64,000 bases of DNA, from NCBI GenBank assembly GCA_019112635.1, contig DXIX01000029.1:18642-82641 (forward strand), given 5' to 3'. The position numbers and the translations under genes were made by a program. Shown piece after piece: positions 58,988-64,000 of the stretch. The DNA is from Candidatus Blautia intestinigallinarum (GTDB lineage Bacteria > Bacillota > Clostridia > Lachnospirales > Lachnospiraceae). The number at the start of each line of letters is the position of its first letter. The first letter of the stretch is position 1. The notes under the pieces were generated by a model that saw nothing but the letters and a program-made list of their open reading frames with translations, made no database searches and was not told where the DNA came from.

Positions 58988-60697
58988 TTACACATTGCGC
59001 TTTGCCGCTGATCTGCAGCGCAGTCCTTCATAGACCAGACGCACCGCCAGATTGATGAACAGAAGCAGCATACACATGGCTGCCGCCGGGGCGGTCTGTC
59101 CTGCGCCCTGCATACTCACGATCATCACGGAAGTGATGGGTGCTGTGGGAGAATATAAAAAGACCACTGCAGACACTGTCACCAGAGAATTCACAAAGAA
59201 ATATACCCCCATCTCACAGATGGCAGGAAGACAGAGGGGAACGGTTACTCTGAAAAAGGTGCGGTAAAAAGGAACTGCTAAGGATTCCGACACCGTCTCA
59301 AACTCTCTGTCCAGGCCTTTCAGTGCCGTGGTTGCCGTGGAAAAAGGAACCGAATAGAAATGGATCATATTCGCGAAAACCAGAATCCAGATGGTTCCAT
59401 AGATTCCGTGAAGAGGGTTGATCAACGCGTACTCAGAAAAAGGAATCCCAAAAGACGGTGCATTGAAAAACATGATGAAACTTAAGCCCACCACAGTTCC
59501 GGGAATGGCTAGAGGAGTGATGGACAAAAAGTAGGCAATCTTCCTGCTGATATAGAATTTCTTCGTCTTCTCAATCATGTAGGCGCCAAGAAAGGTGACC
59601 ACTGTGCCAAGAAGAGCAGAAATCAAAGATACCAGGATGGAATTGCGAAATGCCGCAAGACCGCTTCCGGACCCCGCTTTGGCAAGATTATAATTATCCA
59701 GCGTGAAAGTCAGATTGTACGGCCATAATTTGATCAGGGAAGCAAACAGCGCCACTGCGAAAAACAAGATCATGGCAAGACTCACCAGGACACAGAAAAC
59801 CGTTGCTGCAACGTCGCTGACCGGGTGGGGTTTGATCTGGTAGGGAACGGACTTGGAGGAGATCGATGAACTTTGCTTCTGGTTTGTAAACCAGTCCACG
59901 AAGAAAGACAAAACCGCCGGAAACAAAAGAATCATTCCCACGACTGCTCCCATGTTAAAATTCTGCTGCCCGACCACCTGTTTGTACACATCGGTTGCCA
60001 GAACATTGTAATTGCCGCCCACCACAGAGGGAGCGCCAAAATCAGTAAAACTGTATGTGAAGGTCACAAATATGGCATTGATCAGACCATATTTCACGTT
60101 GGGAATGGTGATTGTGATCATTTTTCTCAGAGCTGAAGTCCTCATGGTGTCCGCTGCCTCATACAGACGATTGTCTGCCGCCGAAAAAGCAACCATGAGG
60201 ATGGTTGTCGCCACAGGAAAACAATAAATACTCTCGGCGATAATAATTCCCGTCTTCCCGTAAAGTGGAATTTTCAATCCTAACGCAGTCAGAATTCCCT
60301 GATTGCCGAACAGATAGATCAGCGCAATACCCAAAAGCATGGTGGGAGCGAAAATCGGGATCATTCCCACATACCGGAAGAACGATTTAAAGGGAACATT
60401 TTTTCTTGACAGGGAATAGGAAAACACAAAGGCCAGCAGGACGGAGATCACGGTGGAACTGATGGAGATCACAAAGGTATTGGAGATGGAGTATACCATC
60501 GCTTTGCTGGTAAAATATTCCCGAAACTGGGCAAGTCCCACAAAGAATCCGTCCTTGTCCTGAAAAGCTTTCACAAAAAGTGTCACCAGGGGACAGGCCA
60601 AAAACACAAAGAGAAATACTATAATGCCATAGATTGCAGCTGCCCGGACAAAATCTTCTTTAGAAAAGCGCCGCAGCCAGTTATTTCTTTTCTTCAT
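58988..60697 (-). CDS. Putative 2-aminoethylphosphonate/phosphonate ABC permease (duplicated TM domains)
   Basis: Two EAA-type loops; TDFGAP..VGG.YNVLATD motif; phn context. Confidence 0.8.
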   Translation of the reverse strand: MKKRNNWLRRFSKEDFVRAAAIYGIIVFLFVFLACPLVTLFVKAFQDKDGFFVGLAQFREYFTSKAMVYSISNTFVISISSTVISVLLAFVFSYSLSRKNVPFKSFFRYVGMIPIFAPTMLLGIALIYLFGNQGILTALGLKIPLYGKTGIIIAESIYCFPVATTILMVAFSAADNRLYEAADTMRTSALRKMITITIPNVKYGLINAIFVTFTYSFTDFGAPSVVGGNYNVLATDVYKQVVGQQNFNMGAVVGMILLFPAVLSFFVDWFTNQKQSSSISSKSVPYQIKPHPVSDVAATVFCVLVSLAMILFFAVALFASLIKLWPYNLTFTLDNYNLAKAGSGSGLAAFRNSILVSLISALLGTVVTFLGAYMIEKTKKFYISRKIAYFLSITPLAIPGTVVGLSFIMFFNAPSFGIPFSEYALINPLHGIYGTIWILVFANMIHFYSVPFSTATTALKGLDREFETVSESLAVPFYRTFFRVTVPLCLPAICEMGVYFFVNSLVTVSAVVFLYSPTAPITSVMIVSMQGAGQTAPAAAMCMLLLFINLAVRLVYEGLRCRSAAKRNV

Positions 60698-61752
60698 TTT
60701 TTCTTCCTTTCCGCCATGTTGGTGGTCTCTGATTCAAATTGCAATGTCTCATCTCTTGGTATGGACAGATAAACGCCTTCCCCTTCCTGGAAATTCTGGC
60801 CTCTTGCCGTGGAAATGGGAAGATCCGCATACACAAAAACATAGTCACAGAGTACATGGCTGATCTTCACCGTGATCCGGTCATAAAATCCGCGAAACTC
60901 GATATCCTCAATCGTTCCATGGACGCTTCCCGTACCTCTTTCTCTGGAAATCTTAACTTTCTCCGGCCGGATTGCGATGATCTTCCCTTTTGGAAATCCA
61001 AGGGAATCCCAGACGGGAAGACTGGTATCCAGAAAATTGATGGAGCCGATAAAATCAGCCACAAAGGAGCTGCCAGGGGAATCGTAAATCTGCTGAGGTG
61101 TCCCGGATTGCATGACGACTGCTTTATTCATGACAATAATCCGGTCTGCCATCGTCAGCGCCTCATCCTGGTCATGTGTCACCATGATGGTGGTCAGATT
61201 CAGTTCCCGCTGAATTCTGCAGATCTCTTTGCGCAGCGTAATTCTTACCTTCGCGTCCAACGCAGACAGAGGTTCATCGAGAAGGAGAAAATCCGGTTCT
61301 GTGGCCAACGCTCTTGCCAGCGCCACCCTCTGCTGTTCTCCTCCGGATAACTGGGAGGGAAGCCGCTTCTTGGCATTGGACAGTTTAATCATATCAAAGA
61401 GGCGGTCCACCCTCGCCTCGATATCCCGGTTTTTGATTTTGCGGTTGCGAAGTCCATAGGCCACATTTTCATAGGCAGACAGGTTGGGAAACAAGGCATA
61501 GGACTGGAACATGATTCCGAAATTTCTCCGGGATGGCGGCAGATCTGTCACATCCCGTTCCCCGATGTAAATCTTCCCTCTCGTAGGTTTATCCAGACCG
61601 GCAATCAGGCGCAGAAGGGTAGATTTTCCACACCCGGAAGGGCCAAGCAGGCAGACGAACTCGCCTGCTTGGATTTCCAGATTCACATTGTTCAATGCAA
61701 TGTTTTTGTTATATACTTTTGATACATTTTCAATCTTAAGACTTACACTCAT
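60694..61752 (-). CDS. ABC ATPase (PhnT/FbpC-like)
   Basis: GPSGCGKST, FQSYALFP, LSGGEQQR and LLDEPLSALD motifs; TOBE tail. Confidence 0.85.
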   Translation of the reverse strand: MSVSLKIENVSKVYNKNIALNNVNLEIQAGEFVCLLGPSGCGKSTLLRLIAGLDKPTRGKIYIGERDVTDLPPSRRNFGIMFQSYALFPNLSAYENVAYGLRNRKIKNRDIEARVDRLFDMIKLSNAKKRLPSQLSGGEQQRVALARALATEPDFLLLDEPLSALDAKVRITLRKEICRIQRELNLTTIMVTHDQDEALTMADRIIVMNKAVVMQSGTPQQIYDSPGSSFVADFIGSINFLDTSLPVWDSLGFPKGKIIAIRPEKVKISRERGTGSVHGTIEDIEFRGFYDRITVKISHVLCDYVFVYADLPISTARGQNFQEGEGVYLSIPRDETLQFESETTNMAERKKK

Positions 61753-61778
61753 GTGTATATCCCTCCGATTTCTTGAGT

Positions 61779-62867
61779 CTATTCTTCTTGCGGCGCGCTC
61801 TTGGCATCATAACGCTCTGACCACTCTGCGAGAATGGATTCCCGATTCTGAGCCGCTTTGTTGAAATCAATATCCGGAATCAGCTGATCCAGCGGATTGG
61901 AAGAGTATCCTTCCGGAATCTCATCGCCCACACCGATGGCAACGATGGGATAGTTCGTGGCATATTTATCCATGATATTGTCTGAGATTGCCCAGTCCAG
62001 GAAATCCTTCGCCACCTGTTTTTCATTGTCTTTTTTGATCAGTGCATTGGCTTCCATATCCCATCCGGAGCCTTCCTCGGGGAAGACCGCCTCACAGATG
62101 TCGCTTCCCACTTCCTCGGCAGACTGCAGGCAGCGGTAGCCAAAGGAGATTCCGATCCCGTACTCTCCCGCCGCGGTCTCCTTCGCCGGCTGGCTTCCGG
62201 AATGCATGTACACGGCCACGTTTTTGTCCAGCTCATCCAGGTATTTCCATCCTTCCTCTTCTCCGTATAAGGTAAGAATTCCATTGACCGTGAGAAGTCC
62301 GGTGCCTGAGGAAGCCGGATTGGACATGGCAATCAGTCCCTCATATTTGGGATCCAGAAGATCCTCATAGGAAGTAGGGATCGTGTCAATGCCATGGGAT
62401 TTCAGAACCTCTTTATTGACAATCCAGGCAGTCTCCCAGGCATCAATTCCTACCCAGGACGGTGTCTCATCTGTGTCTTTAAACTGTGGGAGAATCCGGT
62501 CAACACCTTCCGGCGCATAGGGTTCCAACATTCCCTCCTGTTTCAGAACCAGAAGACTTGTGGCGGAAAGTCCCCACACCACATCTGCCACCGGGTTGTC
62601 CTTCTCTGCGAGAAGACGGGAGGTAATCACACCGGTGGATTCCCTCGTCACATTGACGGTCACATCCGGATTCTGCTCTTTGAACTCTTCCAGATAATCG
62701 CTGACCTGCTCATCCTCCAAAGCGGTATACACATTCAATACATTTTCCTCTTCTGCCTGCGTATTGGCAGAAGTCTGGCTTTCCTCGCCTTCTTTGGTCA
62801 CACAGCCAGACAAAGCACTCATTGCCATCATCGCTGCCATTGCTACCAGTACTACTCTTTTCTTCAT
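61779..62867 (-). CDS. Putative 2-aminoethylphosphonate-binding lipoprotein (PhnS-like)
   Basis: Lipobox LSGC; YTALE, R.STG..RLLAEK.NP.AD, NPASSGTG and HSGS.P motifs. Confidence 0.8.
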   Translation of the reverse strand: MKKRVVLVAMAAMMAMSALSGCVTKEGEESQTSANTQAEEENVLNVYTALEDEQVSDYLEEFKEQNPDVTVNVTRESTGVITSRLLAEKDNPVADVVWGLSATSLLVLKQEGMLEPYAPEGVDRILPQFKDTDETPSWVGIDAWETAWIVNKEVLKSHGIDTIPTSYEDLLDPKYEGLIAMSNPASSGTGLLTVNGILTLYGEEEGWKYLDELDKNVAVYMHSGSQPAKETAAGEYGIGISFGYRCLQSAEEVGSDICEAVFPEEGSGWDMEANALIKKDNEKQVAKDFLDWAISDNIMDKYATNYPIVAIGVGDEIPEGYSSNPLDQLIPDIDFNKAAQNRESILAEWSERYDAKSAPQEE

Positions 62868-62907
62868 CTTCTTTCCTCCATTCATTTTCTTTCTCAAATG
62901 TACGCAC

Positions 62908-63720
62908 TTAGCCAAACAGAATTTTCTCAGATGACTCCGGAGCCGGGTACTCACCCAGATGGCTGACGGTCTTCTCGTATCTGCCGTGAAAGTCACTTCC
63001 TCCTGTGAGAAGCAGCCCACAAGTTTTTGCCGCTTCTTTTACTTTTTTCCGATTTTCCGGATCGTGAGAAGGGTGATTGTACTCAATCCCATCCAACCCA
63101 GCCTGGACAAGCGCTGGAATCATCGGAAAATTTCCAAGCTGGCCGGGATGTGCCAGTACCGCCAGCCCGCCATCTGCCTTGATGGCCCGGACTGCCTCCA
63201 GGGCATCCGGATATTCGATGTCGAAATCACAAGGTCCGGCGTTTTTAAAAACGGTCTGATAGATTTTCCCAAACAATTCCTGGCTTTGCCCTGTCCGGAC
63301 CAGATAATCCAGAATATGCTGCTTGTAGATACAGGTCCCTGCCAGTTTCTGTACTTCCTCCACTGGGACCCGATATCCCAGCGTGTTCAAGATGCTGATC
63401 TGTCTCAGGCAGTTGGCATTCCTCTTTTCCAGAGTCTTGCGTCCGATTGCCTCGATATGTTCCGTTCTCTGATAGCGGTAACCAAGGATGTGGACTTTGC
63501 GGTTCCTCTCGTAGTCATAAGCGGACATCTCCACCCCCACAACGGCATGAATTCCATATTTTTCTGCAAGACGCACATGTTCCCATGCCTGCTGTGTGGT
63601 GTCATGATCTGTAAAAGCAAGATGCGTAAGGCCCGCCTCTTTTGCCTTTTGCAAGACTGCCTCAGCTGTCATACTGCAGTCAGAGACCGAAGTATGTACA
63701 TGTAGATCTGCCAGATACAT
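62908..63720 (-). CDS. PHP-domain phosphoesterase (probable PhnPP cyclic-phosphate diphosphodiesterase)
   Basis: DLHVHT..SD, TDHD, VHILGY, LAHP and GSDFHG motifs; directly after phnL. Confidence 0.75.
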   Translation of the reverse strand: MYLADLHVHTSVSDCSMTAEAVLQKAKEAGLTHLAFTDHDTTQQAWEHVRLAEKYGIHAVVGVEMSAYDYERNRKVHILGYRYQRTEHIEAIGRKTLEKRNANCLRQISILNTLGYRVPVEEVQKLAGTCIYKQHILDYLVRTGQSQELFGKIYQTVFKNAGPCDFDIEYPDALEAVRAIKADGGLAVLAHPGQLGNFPMIPALVQAGLDGIEYNHPSHDPENRKKVKEAAKTCGLLLTGGSDFHGRYEKTVSHLGEYPAPESSEKILFG

Positions 63721-63734
63721 CCAATCTCCTCCTC

Positions 63735-64000
63735 TCAAATGGATGAAACCGCGGCTTTTGGTTCTTCTTTTGGATCTTCCTGAAAATGTCCCTGGGAAAT
63801 GTTGTAGACGCGGTCACAGAGTCCTTCCATAAACTCCAAGTCATGGAAAATACCGATCATGGAGGTTCCCTCCTTTTTCAGTTTCATCAAAAGTTCCTTC
63901 ACCAGCAGCTTCGTGTTGTTGTCCAAAGACGCGGTTGGCTCGTCCAAAAGGAGCAGCCGGGGAGCTTTGACCATGGCATGGGCCAGGTTCAGTCTCAGCT
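63735..64000 (-). CDS. phnL: C-P lyase system ATP-binding protein PhnL (C-terminal part; start is beyond the window)
   Basis: LLLLDEPTASLD...GTSMIGIFHD is the PhnL-type C-terminus; phosphonate transporter downstream. Confidence 0.8.
   Translation of the reverse strand, partial: LRLNLAHAMVKAPRLLLLDEPTASLDNNTKLLVKELLMKLKKEGTSMIGIFHDLEFMEGLCDRVYNISQGHFQEDPKEEPKAAVSSI

Overview
Chromosomal window of an anaerobic low-GC Firmicute; gene content and order fit Lachnospiraceae (inference). 1-15.9 kb is a + strand cell-division and housekeeping block: pbp2, minDE, rodA, dac, yggS, sepF, ylmH, lspA, rluD, dtd and a cell-wall-binding M23 peptidase. At about 16.05 kb gene orientation flips from + to -, exactly at a dif-like sequence abutting the stop codon of an XerS-like tyrosine recombinase, so the window probably spans the replication terminus. 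Beyond it are: (i) a GntR / iorAB / ptb-buk 2-oxoacid oxidation module, whose 16-bp palindromic operator recurs 11 kb away in front of an OFA-type MFS gene next to a second ptb; (ii) lexA and the rplU-prp-rpmA-obgE-yhbY-nadD-yqeK-rsfS block; (iii) a flavodiiron protein, RNase G and radical-SAM genes, an Rpn remnant, a MATE and a ZTP-riboswitch-controlled formate channel; (iv) a 15-kb pterin-cofactor island (moaCA, mogA, two MOSC, tupABC, two moeA, a mobA-fdhD fusion) controlled by two covarying P3-less Moco/Wco riboswitches, which ends in Cys-type formate dehydrogenase + [FeFe]-hydrogenase + a ferredoxin missing from the ORF track, with no HycB or diaphorase subunits; (v) the distal end of a C-P lyase phosphonate operon. 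The best novelty candidates are the minimal tungsten HDCR/FHL-like complex, the split GntR regulon and the xer/dif locus. All annotations come from motif recognition only; no database searches were run.
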